From IMG/VR virus record IMGVR_UViG_3300000976_000011, positions 32,001 to 96,000 of that record: 64,000 nucleotides of DNA; one strand, given 5' to 3'. The position numbers and the translations under genes were made by a program. How positions within the stretch are numbered: position 1 is the stretch's first letter; each line of letters begins with the position of its first letter. Shown here piece by piece: positions 40,511-52,414 of this stretch. Source of the DNA: a virus. The notes under the pieces are model-generated. The model was given only the letters and a program-made list of their open reading frames with translations, was not told where the DNA came from and made no database searches.

Positions 40511-41881
40511 TTTTACATTTAACTGATAATGTGATATAATGACTTATCAGTTAAATTAATAGGCTTTAATTATGAATATACACTTCGCATATCTAGCAAA
40601 ACTCGTGATAAGTTCCGGAATCAAGGAGATTAAAGATGCCTAATCATAGAGGAGATTATACTCTAGCAGCTAAAGTTTTGGAATCTAAAACTCCAAAGAA
40701 AGATATGACTATTGTCGAAGAATTTAAATCGACACCTAAAATCGATAAGATGGTCAAGTCTTATAAATCCTTTTCAATATCTTTTCAGAGATTAGGATCT
40801 CTCTGTGTTCTTGTTAAAATTGTAGATAATATTGTCCCAAGCAGAAATATTAAAACTACGGTTAATACAGAAAAAGAAATTTTAAATGCTATACCAGATT
40901 TAGTTCAAAGATTAACTAATAATATGTCTGATCAGGAACGAGATTTTTATGGTAACGGCGTTGGAACTATAGAAGATATTATAAACGAAGAGCCTGGAGC
41001 TAAAGAAGAAGGAAAATATCAGTATAGTAAAACTGCTATAGTATCAAAAATTATCAAAAATCCATTCAGAGATGGAACAAAATCTCATGGTGAATTTGAG
41101 AAAATGAGTAAGCATGCAATAGGTAAATCTCATAAAGATTTAATTAAAATGAAACTTAATGCTGGAGCATTAAAAACTGGTTGGGAAAAAGGATTTGTAG
41201 TATTCGAATGAGTAAAATTTTAGAAAAATCATTACTTACTTTCTTAGAGGGAGAGTTACCATTAGATAAAGTCGAGGAAGATCTTGATATTATCATATTT
41301 GGTATAACTAATTTATTACCTTCTAAGGCTACCCATTATCAGATGAATAGATACTTTGAAAATGATAATTGGGATTTAAAAATATGGTATAGAGAAGATG
41401 ATTTCCAAAAAGCTTTAATTATTAGTAAAATAGAATCAACGTTTAATATAGGTGTCATATGACTCGAAAAAGAAATCAGATTAGAAATCCTAATAAAATT
41501 AAACTTACTGATGGCTTAGAAGGTACTTTCACATTTAGATTATATCCTGATGGAATTAAAGAATTCGTATTAACAGGTAAATATAAGTATGTTAAGAAAG
41601 AAGCTTTAGCCTATTTTAATATGACTAATAGTACAAATTTCTTTACTATAGAGCTTTTATCTTATGCAGAATTAGAATCTGAATTCAAAAAACCAAAAGA
41701 CTTTAATAAAGAAATTAAAGCTCTTAAGAAAATGTTTAACAAAAAGAAGTAGTTATGATATAATAACTCAAGGTAATATGTTATAGTCTAAAATGTAATA
41801 CTAAATGATTGATTTTTAATGACTTTTATATATAATTAAATATATAATCATCATTCAAATTAATCAACTAGGAGTATTATA

Positions 41882-41950
41882 ATGACAACTATAGGAATTT
41901 TAGTAGTGTTGACACTATTAAGTATAGTAGCAGTAGCGGACAGAACTTAG
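41882..41950 (+). CDS. 22-aa hydrophobic peptide MTTIGILVVLTLLSIVAVADRT
   Basis: Strong AGGAG SD; overlapping hairpin and T run. Confidence 0.5.
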   Translation: MTTIGILVVLTLLSIVAVADRT

Positions 41951-42270
41951 TTCGCTACTTAATTTTTTAATAATTAGGTATTTTATTATGGAAAAAAGCG
42001 ATTTTAACACATTTATGAATTTCATTAATCTTATGGGTTTTAAATATGATAAATTCGTCTATAGAAATGAAATATATGTTAGAGCCGATGATAGTAAAAA
42101 GTCATCTATTTGTCAAACCATAGGCTACGACGATATAATTTTATTAGGCGTATTTAATGAATTTACAGGTCAAGCATTAGAATTATATAATGTATCTCAT
42201 GTAGCTCATTGGCCTGAAGGCGCAGAAAAATTAGATACATTATTTTTTAACTTAAATAAGGATTTAAAAA

Positions 42271-42843
42271 ATGAAACAAAATAAACCAGAGCTAATCAAC
42301 AAAGCCGCTCACTTTGCTCTTAATGCACATAGTATTGGGATGGACCTATCTAATAGGAAACTGCAGTTGAGAAAGAATTCTAACATGCCTTATATTTTCC
42401 ATCCGATGGCAGTTGCTGAAATAGCTTCTAAATATACAGACGATTCTGAAGTAGTGGCAGCTGCTGTTCTTCATGACGTGCTCGAAGATACTGGATTTAC
42501 CGCTAAAGCTATGGAAAATCAATTCGGAAAAAGAGTTACTGAATTTGTTAAAGAAGTTACCAATTTAGAGAATAATGAAGGTACCAGAGAAGAACGTGTT
42601 AATAGGAACATACAAAAACTCTCCACGATTTCACCTGAGGGTCAATTAATTAAAGCTGCAGATTGTAACCACAACTTATCTGATTTAATTTATGCTCCGG
42701 AGGCTTGGGCACTAAGATACTCTAATGAAAAATTTAAACTTTTGAGTGTTTTAACTGAAGCTCCAGAAGATTTAAAACAAAAATGTAAAGATAAAATTCA
42801 TCAATTTCAAATTTCAATAATAAGTTCTAGAACTAATGGATAA
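42271..42843 (+). CDS. HD-domain (p)ppGpp hydrolase-like protein (Mesh1/SAH)
   Basis: A..AH, RK....PYIFHP..VA, AAVLHDVLEDT, IKAAD..HN. Confidence 0.85.
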   Translation: MKQNKPELINKAAHFALNAHSIGMDLSNRKLQLRKNSNMPYIFHPMAVAEIASKYTDDSEVVAAAVLHDVLEDTGFTAKAMENQFGKRVTEFVKEVTNLENNEGTREERVNRNIQKLSTISPEGQLIKAADCNHNLSDLIYAPEAWALRYSNEKFKLLSVLTEAPEDLKQKCKDKIHQFQISIISSRTNG

Positions 42844-43421
42844 TTTAAAACAAGAAATTAAGTCATTTATTACTTTTATTTTCGATAATCCTGAAATGTG
42901 AAATGTTTATATTTCTGGCGACTGGGTTATTTTAAAAATTCACGATTGGTCAAATCCATTAACAACTAAGCATTTTGAATTAAAGACCGACGATTTATTA
43001 TATTATAGAGAAGAACATGAGAAACGTATATTGGCGAAAAGCCTGTAATCTTATTTTATTCGATTCCCCATATTTGTGGCATGATGGCAGAATCATGTCT
43101 AATTTGTTAATGAGAAGAAACTCTTGGGCCTATGATAATTTTATTAATAGAGAAGGTTTTAGGTTAGATAAAGATTTCCCTAATCGTGAGCTGCAAGTTA
43201 TTTTCAGGAGATATCCTAAATAATATGTCAATGTATGATATAGATATAATAAGAGCCATATTTTCTGTTGGTCATGAATTATACTATTTGGATATAAGAA
43301 TAAAGACTTTAGGTTGGGCAAGCTGTTTAAATCAACAAGGAGACTGGCAGTATTTTCAAGATATGAATTTGGATAATTTTTCTTTTTAAAAGTTCAAAAT
43401 ATTCTTCAAATAAATATTCAT

Positions 43422-43877
43422 ATGGAAGAATATGAAAATCCTTGGTTATATCAAGAAGAAAAAGTTTTAGAAGCCCCAGAAGAAAAATATGGGTTTGTCT
43501 ATATAATTACTAATTTAGAAACTCAGCAGAAATACATAGGAAGAAAAATCTTATGGAACACCGTAACTAAGCCGCCTCTTAAAGGTAAAAAGCGTAAGCG
43601 TAAAATTAAGAAAGAATCTGACTGGAAGAAGTATTATGGCTCTTCAGAGTTTATTAAAGAAGATGTTAAAGCTTTAGGCAAAGAGAGATTTTCAAGAGAG
43701 ATTTTAGTTTTTTGTGATAATAAAACTGAGATGACTTTCTTTGAGACTATGTTTCAATGGAAGAAAAATTGTTTATATGCTAGATTACCAAACGGCGAAA
43801 AAGAATTTTACAATGGTTCTATTTCTGGTAAATTCTATTGGAAAGATCATATAGAGGAAAAATTAAACCTTATGTAG
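43422..43877 (+). CDS. GIY-YIG-domain protein conserved in T4-like phages
   Basis: NPW, YGFVYIITN...KYIGRK, ESDWKKYYGSS, FSREIL. Confidence 0.8.
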   Translation: MEEYENPWLYQEEKVLEAPEEKYGFVYIITNLETQQKYIGRKILWNTVTKPPLKGKKRKRKIKKESDWKKYYGSSEFIKEDVKALGKERFSREILVFCDNKTEMTFFETMFQWKKNCLYARLPNGEKEFYNGSISGKFYWKDHIEEKLNLM

Positions 43878-43925
43878 TTTACATTATCATTCTACTTGTT
43901 TATAATAGATATATCAGTTAAACAA
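43877..43925 (+). promoter_or_regulatory. early promoter; further copies at about 11074, 25351, 29407, 32101, 40512, 56071, 61541
   Basis: GTTTACA-N17-TATAAT followed by ATCAGTTAAACAA. Confidence 0.8.
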
Positions 43926-45766
43926 GTAGGAATTTTATATTATGAAATTATTAATGGTTAATATTGAAAATCCAGATAAATCTCTATATTTGTGTAATTT
44001 AGATCTTTTTCAATATTTAGAAAATAAAGATATTTCAAACTTTGAATTCTTTATTATAGGTTCTCTTGGTAACTATCATATTGATTTTAGAACTCATTTT
44101 GTAAATGATGATCTGAATTCTAAAATTGATCATATTAATTTAATGGTTAATTTATATTCTAACAAGTAGGAATTTTATATTATGAACTCACACGACCAAC
44201 TAATTATCAGATCTTGTAAGTCAGAAGATCCTGAGCAAGCCCTTAAAAGAATAATCAAAAGATTATATATTGAGCAAGAATCTGAGAAAGACCGAGAGCA
44301 TCAACTCTTAATTGTCTTAGTAGACTTATGTCAAAAATATAATCTTTGCACCATTTCGGAAGCTCTTTGGGCTTTTAAAGGCGGAGCTTACACAGATTAT
44401 CTAACCACTGAGCAAAAAGTCATTGATTTTTGCATGATGCGTATTCGATATAAAGCTGTAGAAGCTTTCGAAGGCTATCGAGTACCTGCGAGGATTCGTA
44501 ATGGAAAATGAATTAAAAAGAAAAGCTTTAGAGGAAGTGTTACAAGTTCTTAATAAACATGAAGAAGTAATCAGTTTATTATATGATATTGATATTAGAT
44601 CTAAATGTGAAGGTCATCTAAATAATTTAGATTTATGTGAACTCTTTGACTTAGATATACCTGTAACAATTCATAGTAAATATATACCTATGGGTAATAA
44701 TAGATATCTTTGCTTTTTAGATGCTAAGAAAAGAAGAATCGCGTGGTCAGATTGTGGAAATCAACCTACAGGATGGTTCTATAAAATTGGTTTTCCGACT
44801 GGACCTTATATATTTTCACAAGAAGCAAATTACGATGTTTTCCATGAGTTTTTCAGAGAATTAATAAAATATAAACCATCATATATAGATTCAGCTAATA
44901 AATCTTTATATTTTGATTCGGAATTTGCTAAATATATTCATAGAGATTATGATGATATATTTAAAGAATATTGTGAAATTGAAAGAAAGGCATCTAGAGA
45001 GTTTAGGAAACAGAAATTACTGAATCAAATTAAGGATTTAGAAAATGAAGAATAAACTAAAACAATTCGAAGAATGTTACTATAAGACTGGAAAATGGTC
45101 TTCTCCTATAATTAAGAAAGGTATATTTGTTGCGACTATACCAGAAAAATATAGAAAAAACGAATTATATCATATTGTGATTACTAAAAATAGAAATATA
45201 TGTAGAGTTTCCGATGTCATGAAAGTTGATTATGTTAAGAAAGAAGCTCCTAAATTAGATATGCATGGAAAACAATATATTTTATTTGAGGTACCTGATG
45301 AAACCAATTAAATTAATAATTTTATCAATTTTACTTACTGGCTGCGCAGATATTAACAAAAAAGAAGATATAGATTTAGCTGTTAAGTTTTGTTCTGATA
45401 AAGATGGCTTAGAAAATTTATATAAAAGTACTATAGACAACACGACACAAGTAACATGTAGTAACGGTAGTGAAATCAAATTAACACCCAACGTAAAAGC
45501 GGTAATGAAATGAATTTTAAAGATTATGTAGAGAATTTAACGACTTTGTTGAAAGATAATCCAGAACTAGGTGATCTTTTAGTGATTACGGCTAAAGATG
45601 ATGAAGGTAATGGCTTCAACGAAGTTTGGTCTGAACCTACTTTAGGTGAATTCAACAGTGAATATAATGGAGAATTTTGTTCTGAGTCAGACTTTAAAGA
45701 AGAAACCGAATACTTTAAAGATATGGGTTTTGAAAAAGAATATGAAGTAAACGCAATTTGTGTAAA

Positions 45767-46378
45767 TTAAATATGTTTACAATTATTGAAGTGGTATCGT
45801 TTCATAAGATTTAAACCTCCAACTTTAGAGCAGTGAGGACAAGAAACTTTTTCTTTAGGACCAAACATTTTATCTTTATTTTTTCTTGGTTTTCTCATTT
45901 TAGATAAAGTTTCTTCTGATTTCTTAGTACCATACTGTGGATGTTTTGAACCTGAAAAATCTGCATGATTTTTAGACATATTTCTTTTATGGTCCTCTGA
46001 TTTGGGTACTCCATATAGTGGTGAAAGTTTTCCTTTATATTTTGATGCTGCAATCGATAACTTCTTTTTAGTTTCGTTAGATGTAGGTTTTCTAGTATAA
46101 GTACTGGCTCCACCTTCTTTAAGATTATAATATAAAGAACTATTAACGGCGTCAACAGACTTTATATATGATTCCTCTTTATTATTTAAATCTTGTAAGT
46201 CTTCACATATTTGAAGAATTTTCCTAGAAAAATGCTCTTTACCATATTTCCTAATAGCCTTATGTAATAAAGTTCCTGAACCTAAATAATTATCGTCCAA
46301 ATAGCCAAAATGTTGACCTATATACTTTTTCTTATTAATTAGATTTGTTGTTTCATAAACAAAGTGTATTTTAGACAT
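45767..46378 (-). mobile_element. GIY-YIG homing endonuclease with NUMOD3 and C-terminal zinc motif
   Basis: FVYETTNLINKKKYIGQH, YLGSG; CPHC...RYHFNNCK. Confidence 0.9.
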
Positions 46379-46429
46379 TAGATAAATAATTTTTAATTAA
46401 TAACAATAATATTTATAGAGAGGTAAAAT

Positions 46430-46630
46430 TTGCCATTATATCAATATCACTGCGATAAATGTGACAAAACAGTCGAAGAATTAAGAAAAATTTCTGAGAT
46501 GAATAATATACCTAAGTGTAAAAAAGCTGATTGTGAAATGAAAAAAATTATTTTTACAACCGGTCTTAAAATTTCAGGTAAAGGCGTATATTCTCCAGGA
46601 TTTCATGTTAATTCGACAAGAAAAAAATAA
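46430..46630 (+). CDS. FmdB-family zinc-ribbon protein
   Basis: PLYQYHCDKC...PKCK..C.MKKI. Confidence 0.8.
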   Translation: MPLYQYHCDKCDKTVEELRKISEMNNIPKCKKADCEMKKIIFTTGLKISGKGVYSPGFHVNSTRKK

Positions 46631-46782
46631 AATGCTAAAGAAAACTCTTATAGGTTCCACTAAAATAGCTGTTGAAGTTATGGCTGAAAAATATTTAGAT
46701 GAAGGTTGGAAAATTTCAGGTCCGCCAACATTCTTTGAAGATTATTGTGATGGTACTGAAACTTGGACCTTAGTAATAACAT

Positions 46783-47298
46783 ATGAAAATTAAATATAAA
46801 GTTGGCTGTCTTATAGAGGCAGCAAAAGAGGGCGAAGTTGATATAATAGCTCATCAAACAAATTGTAAATGTTTAATGGAAAATGGCATCGCGCCTTTAA
46901 TTGCTGATGCATTTGATCCAGTTGTTAGAAATGCTGATTACTTGGCCGGAATTAAAAAGCAAAACATTTTAGGAAATTATTCTAAAGCTATAGGATTTAA
47001 CTATGTTGGCGGAGGAGTGACAATATTTAATCTATATGGTCAATATGATCGTGGCGAAGATATCAATAATCTGTATACCGATTACTCAGCATTATCAACT
47101 AGTTTAGAGAAAATGGCAAATTATTTATATGCTAATTATCTACCTGAATACAGGAAACTAGGACTTCCTAAATTAGGTGCAGGAAGGGCAAATGGAGATT
47201 GGGAAATTATATATGAAATAATTAAAACCAAGCTTGAAGGTTTTGATGTAACAATTTACGTGCTGAATAAAGATGAGATACCAATCGAAGTTAACTAA
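46783..47298 (+). CDS. macrodomain ADP-ribose-processing protein (T4 Tk.4-like)
   Basis: IAHQTNC...M..GIA, NLYGQY, PKLGAGRANGDW. Confidence 0.85.
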   Translation: MKIKYKVGCLIEAAKEGEVDIIAHQTNCKCLMENGIAPLIADAFDPVVRNADYLAGIKKQNILGNYSKAIGFNYVGGGVTIFNLYGQYDRGEDINNLYTDYSALSTSLEKMANYLYANYLPEYRKLGLPKLGAGRANGDWEIIYEIIKTKLEGFDVTIYVLNKDEIPIEVN

Positions 47299-47445
47299 AT
47301 ATCTTTTAGATTATAAAATCAAAGGTGAACCACAGAAAGTTTTCTTATGGTTACCAAAAAGAATAGATAATAGAATTGTATTTTTTGAGTTCGTTCATAG
47401 AACTCCAGAATGGGTGAACTGGAGTTCTATGAGAGTCGGTTGGAA

Positions 47446-48039
47446 TTATACTCTCTTACCAGAATCTTTATAAACTTGAGGTTTTGTAGCTCTCTTGAAG
47501 TTAGCTAAAGGTAATAAAACTATTTCATGCCAATCAGTCGCTGGAATTTTAATGAGCTTACTTCTAAGCTGACTATAAAGATAGTGTTTATATGTCACTT
47601 TATAATATTTTGAAGCAGATTTAACTACGCCGTATGAAAGTTTTAATTTAGATCTTTCTGTTATTTTTCTTAAATTAGAAACAGCAATTAATTTATCTAA
47701 AACTAAAACTCTTTTTCTCGGTGGTATATAATGAAGATTAAGACCAGCAAAGCCGCCAGCTTTAGGACCAATATGTAAAATTAGAGGAAATCTATCCCAA
47801 TAAGGTAATTTATCATCATGTTTAGCAGAATATTGAAATAGATACATATTACCTATTGTTGGTCTACTAACTTGATTCTTTTTAGTTTGTTTCGTAAAAT
47901 CTTTTATTCTATTTGATAAAAAAGTTTTTGAACGACGAGTAGCTCTTTCAATGCTTGATTTTTTTCTACCAGTTAATAGAAAATCTTTTAGGCTTGATTG
48001 TTGTTCATTTCTTTTCATAAATATATTTATATACAACAA
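47446..48039 (-). CDS. 2: DNA end protector protein gp2
   Basis: G.MYLFQY.AKH...LPYWDRFPL, GLNLHY, KHYL, W....LLP...F; late promoter; real start probably 48018. Confidence 0.9.
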   Translation of the reverse strand: MLYINIFMKRNEQQSSLKDFLLTGRKKSSIERATRRSKTFLSNRIKDFTKQTKKNQVSRPTIGNMYLFQYSAKHDDKLPYWDRFPLILHIGPKAGGFAGLNLHYIPPRKRVLVLDKLIAVSNLRKITERSKLKLSYGVVKSASKYYKVTYKHYLYSQLRSKLIKIPATDWHEIVLLPLANFKRATKPQVYKDSGKRV

Positions 48040-48710
48040 GGTTAATAAGTGTTATAATTATAAATTATGAAGAGCACTAAAAGGGTTGACAAGTGGTAAT
48101 AGATGAATATACAGAATATTTTCTTGATGCTTTTATATTTTGCAAAGAAGAATTAGTAACAATAGATGAAAGTGTTTATGAATTTACAGTATTTTTAGAG
48201 GGCTCTACAGAAAAATTTAATAATAAACTTCAGGCTATGGTTTTTATAAACGAGTGGTCTGATAAAATACAATTTAATGAGGTATCATGAAATTTAAGAA
48301 TTTAAGAATAGGACAAAGATTTATGCATGATAATTTTTTGTTTATAAAATTATTCAGTTCAATAATGTTAGTTTCAACTAAAGCTACTTACGAGTCACTA
48401 AGCTGTGACACAGAGGTTATCCTTGTCAAGAACTAAAGCAATTAACGAAAAATGTAAAGAATGTATTTATGATGAAACCCAAAAAGGAACGTGGCGGCAA
48501 CAAGTCGCTGATTGTACGAGCTATACATGCGCTCTTAGGCCCTTTCGACCCTTGCCAAAAGGATATAAAGAATCTAGATTGGCCAAAAGAGACAAAGGCC
48601 GAAGAAGCATGGCGAATCGATAGTTTTTTAAGATTACAAGCTGATAGATATGCTGATCAAAGAAAGTTTCCTAGGTATGCCGATAGTTCTGGCAATTTAA
48701 GAAACACGAG

Positions 48711-49541
48711 CTACTCATGAGACTTTTCGAATGTGAAACCTAAATCTCTAAGAGATTTACCTATAATAGAGTTATCATAAGTTTTATTTAAGTAATTAGA
48801 TTTCTGATAAAATGTTTTAGTGATAACTCTATTATTTTTACAAAAATCTCTTATTTGTCTAATACTTAATAGTCCGTTTGAAACATCTATAGATTTTAAT
48901 GTTTCAAACTTTCCTATAGGGGTAATCCAGTAGCCTTTCCAAGAAGGATTGTTTTTATTAAGAATAGAATTCGATATATTATCCTTATGTTTCTGCGATA
49001 AAGAAGAACCTAATTTTGCTAAAGATATATTTTTACTGTGTTCTTTAGATCTAATTTTACCTTTTAATTTTTCTGAGAGTAATCTTTTAGTTTGTTCTGA
49101 AACTTTAGGTTTAGAAAATGCGCTTTTAGACATTTTCGCTTTACTTTCTTTACTATGTTTTCTACCATTCATCGGGCCTTTAGTTCCAAACCAATGATTG
49201 TTAGATCCTTTCATAGAATTTGAATGCTCGAGTCTATATTTTTCAAACAATCTGGAATTAATCTTATTTTTGTATTTAGATAAATTACACATATACCATC
49301 TTGCTCTTACCATCTTTTCATGATCAAGTCCTTTTGTAAATTTAGGTAATAGAAGGTGAGCTATAAAGTGTTCTTTTGCCGTCAGCAAGACTAAATTAGT
49401 TTTATCATTAGAGCCATTACAAGATTTAGGTATTATATGGTGAGATTCATAATAAGCATCTTTCTTAGATCTTTTTAGTTTACTTCTAGAATTAATTAGG
49501 TTATAATACCAATTATAGTATTTGTTATTTAATATATCCAT
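48711..49541 (-). mobile_element. HNH homing endonuclease with NUMOD3 repeats
   Basis: ESHHIIPKSC..NLVLLTAKEHFIAH; GYWITPIGKF...IGKSLRDLGF; TATAAATA 49547-49554. Confidence 0.9.
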
Positions 49542-49559
49542 ATAACTATTTATAAAATT

Positions 49560-50323
49560 ATGAATAAAAATGTAAAAAAAAAAAAGTTTGTTTAATTAGT
49601 GATATTCACGTAGAATTCTATGATAAAAATGCTTTATTAGATCTTATACCATCAGAAGGCTATGACATACTCTTGCTCCTAGGCGACATCAGTGAGAATC
49701 CTAAATTCATACAAAGAATCTGTGATAAAATTACTAATAAGCCTATAATTTATGTATTAGGAAATCATGAATATTATGGTAATCCGCATAGCGGCATGGC
49801 GTCGACAGAATCTAATTATCATGATATTGAAAAGATATACGATAACCTTACAGTATTTTCTTCTAAATTTAATTATATTGATATAGATGGAACAATCTTC
49901 TTAGGTTCAGTAAATTGGCCTGATATACCAGTAAATGATCAATTTAACATTTCTAGAAGTATAAATGATTTTAGAACTGGAAATATTTCTATCGCTGAAA
50001 GCGTATATTCTAAAATACAATTTGATAAAGATATAGAAGCATATTTAGATTTAACGTATGATGAGAATAAAACTTATATAGGTTTAACTCATTTTATTCC
50101 AGGAGAATTTGCCTGTGCACCTCAATGGAAGGGACATAGTTTAAATTGTTATTTTGTTTCTCCTATTAATTTTGATATATTTTCTCGATGTAATTATTGG
50201 CTATTTGGCCACGGTCATGATCCTATAAATACTATTGTAGAAGGATGTAATTTTATATCAAATCCACTGGGTTATCCACATGAAGGAAATCATGAATGGC
50301 AACCTTTAATTATAGAACTTTAG
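49560..50323 (+). CDS. calcineurin-like metallophosphoesterase, frameshifted in an A12 run near its start
   Basis: ISDIHVE upstream of ORF-track start, GDI, GNHE, THF, GHGH, NPLGY. Confidence 0.75.
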
Positions 50324-50333
50324 GTATCAAAAA

Positions 50334-51137
50334 ATGTTTAAAAAATTAATTGTAGTAGGTGCAATGGCTTTAGCTATCACTGGCTGCGCAACTAGCACAA
50401 TATCGACGTCAGATACAAGATTTGATGTAGAAACAAATAAAACTGTAACGCAAACTGAAACCAAACAAGTTTCTCAAAGAACTCTTAAATATATTTCAAG
50501 AGTTGACTTAGCGAAAACAATGTGTGAATCTTCAGGAAATGCATATAAAGAATTTTTAGTTTTATCTGATACAAATGTTGAGTTTTTACCTATTGTGATT
50601 CAAGATGGTAAATATGTTCAATTACCGGATGAAGCAAAAATTGTTTTCAGTAATACAGTTAATCGGCCTGACGCATCGCCGTTTAATGTCGGGAATTGCG
50701 TTGAAGATATAATGAAAACTGGAATCGAAAGAGTGTTTACTAGTTTATATAAAGATGTATTTAAATTAGGTAGAGATTTAGTTCCTTATGGTGCAGGCTT
50801 TGCTATAGCTGATAGATTCTTTGATTTTGCTCAAGATAGTAATGATTCTATTGCTGAAAATGCTGGAGATAGATTAACAGTAACTGGTGATAATAATCGT
50901 GTAGCATCAGGTGCTGATTCTACGTTTAATGAACAGCCAGGTATTCCTGTTGAACCGGTAACTCTAGAAGACGGTGCTTTATCGGGTGACGATGACTCAT
51001 GCGAAGATCAAGGTGGAACAGTTAGACCTATTATTCCAACAGAAAATAATCCATTAGAAGATATAAATGGTGCTTTCGACGCGAATGGTGATGGCCTAGT
51101 ATGTTCAATTCCAGGCGGCGGTTCAATCGACAATTAA
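50334..51137 (+). CDS. lipoprotein with acidic C-terminal tail
   Basis: LAITGC lipobox; DANGDGLVC Ca-binding-like loop. Confidence 0.65.
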   Translation: MFKKLIVVGAMALAITGCATSTISTSDTRFDVETNKTVTQTETKQVSQRTLKYISRVDLAKTMCESSGNAYKEFLVLSDTNVEFLPIVIQDGKYVQLPDEAKIVFSNTVNRPDASPFNVGNCVEDIMKTGIERVFTSLYKDVFKLGRDLVPYGAGFAIADRFFDFAQDSNDSIAENAGDRLTVTGDNNRVASGADSTFNEQPGIPVEPVTLEDGALSGDDDSCEDQGGTVRPIIPTENNPLEDINGAFDANGDGLVCSIPGGGSIDN

Positions 51138-51638
51138 TTTATAATAGGTGGCTGTTGTAGAAATATGACAGCCACCAAGGTTTAAGTATGTATAAATGTC
51201 CTCACTGTAATGGTTTAACTTACTTTCGTTTAATTAATGATAATGATGTACAATATATCGCTTGTGTCTGTTTAGGACCAGTTAATAATCAACATGAATT
51301 AAACGGGCTACAGAATAAACTAAAAAGATTTGAAAAATTAGAAAATGTTACAGCTACTGGTTTCACTGTAGAAAATAGAGAAATTCAGTATATTGATAAT
51401 GTTGAATCTAAAGATATTAAAACAACATGATTAATGAAGAAGATTTCGACATAGAAATAAAAAAATTATTTGATGAAATTGTTTTCTCGGATAGTTTACA
51501 AAACAAACTAAATAGTTTAAAATTCTATATCTCAATAGAGCCTGATTTTGAAATGGATTCATTAAAGGTATCATTAGACTATTGCAATAAATATAATTTC
51601 TACAGAAGGATCTGTTTCTACTTTCAAGGTAAGGTGCC

Positions 51639-52391
51639 TTACCTGATTTGAGGACAATTATCGAAATGATAAGGTTTCATATTAGCTAAAGATCCAGTTT
51701 TGCCGCAATTTGGGCATAGACCTCTAGGCCTAATTTTTCCTTTAAGAGCTTTAGATACTGCATCTTTATGACTCTGAGATATTTTTTTACCCTTATTGGC
51801 TTTCGAAATTTTAGCTTTTACAACATTTGAGTGATCTTTTCCATAAAATGGATTATTTTCGCCTGAGTAATTTTGAGAATTATATGTAGCTCTCCTAATA
51901 GAAGCTTCTTTTTTTCTTTTGTCGGACCAAGAATCGGACATTTTGTCTCTAGTTTCTTGAGAATAAATATGACCGTACATAGGGTTGTTTTCTGGCTCAG
52001 CAAGACGTTTCTTGGTACTCTTTGATAATTTGTCTCTAGTTTCTTGAGAAATTATTCTATTTGACATACTCACAGAAAACTTTTTCTTTATTTTATCATA
52101 AAGAAAAGAATTGATTTTATTTTTGCTGGTTGATCCCATCATAACTATAGCAAATAACATAGATTTTTTATCCTTTCCTTTTAAAAATCTAGGTAATAAT
52201 AAATGAGCTATAAAGTGTTCTCTAGCAGTAAGAAGTACTAAATTATCGGGTCGATTAGATCCACCTAAACTTCTAGGAATTATGTGATGTTGTTCGAAGT
52301 AATTTTTAGAGTTTTTAACTCTATTTAGTTTACTTCTTGATTCCATTAAGTTATAATACCACGTGGAATATTTGTTTTTAATTTCGTTCAT
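51639..52391 (-). mobile_element. HNH homing endonuclease with NUMOD3 and C-terminal zinc motif
   Basis: EQHHIIPRSLGG..NLVLLTAREHFIAH; CPNC...YHFDNC; TATAAATA 52397-52404. Confidence 0.9.
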
Positions 52392-52414
52392 AAATATATT
52401 TATAGGAGTTCAAT

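Noticed and set aside
17753-43048. Genome-wide stop-codon reassignment suggested by in-frame TAA (18206) and TGA (42899)
   Set aside because: Conserved genes terminate normally at TAA, TGA and TAG, and no suppressor-anticodon tRNA was found
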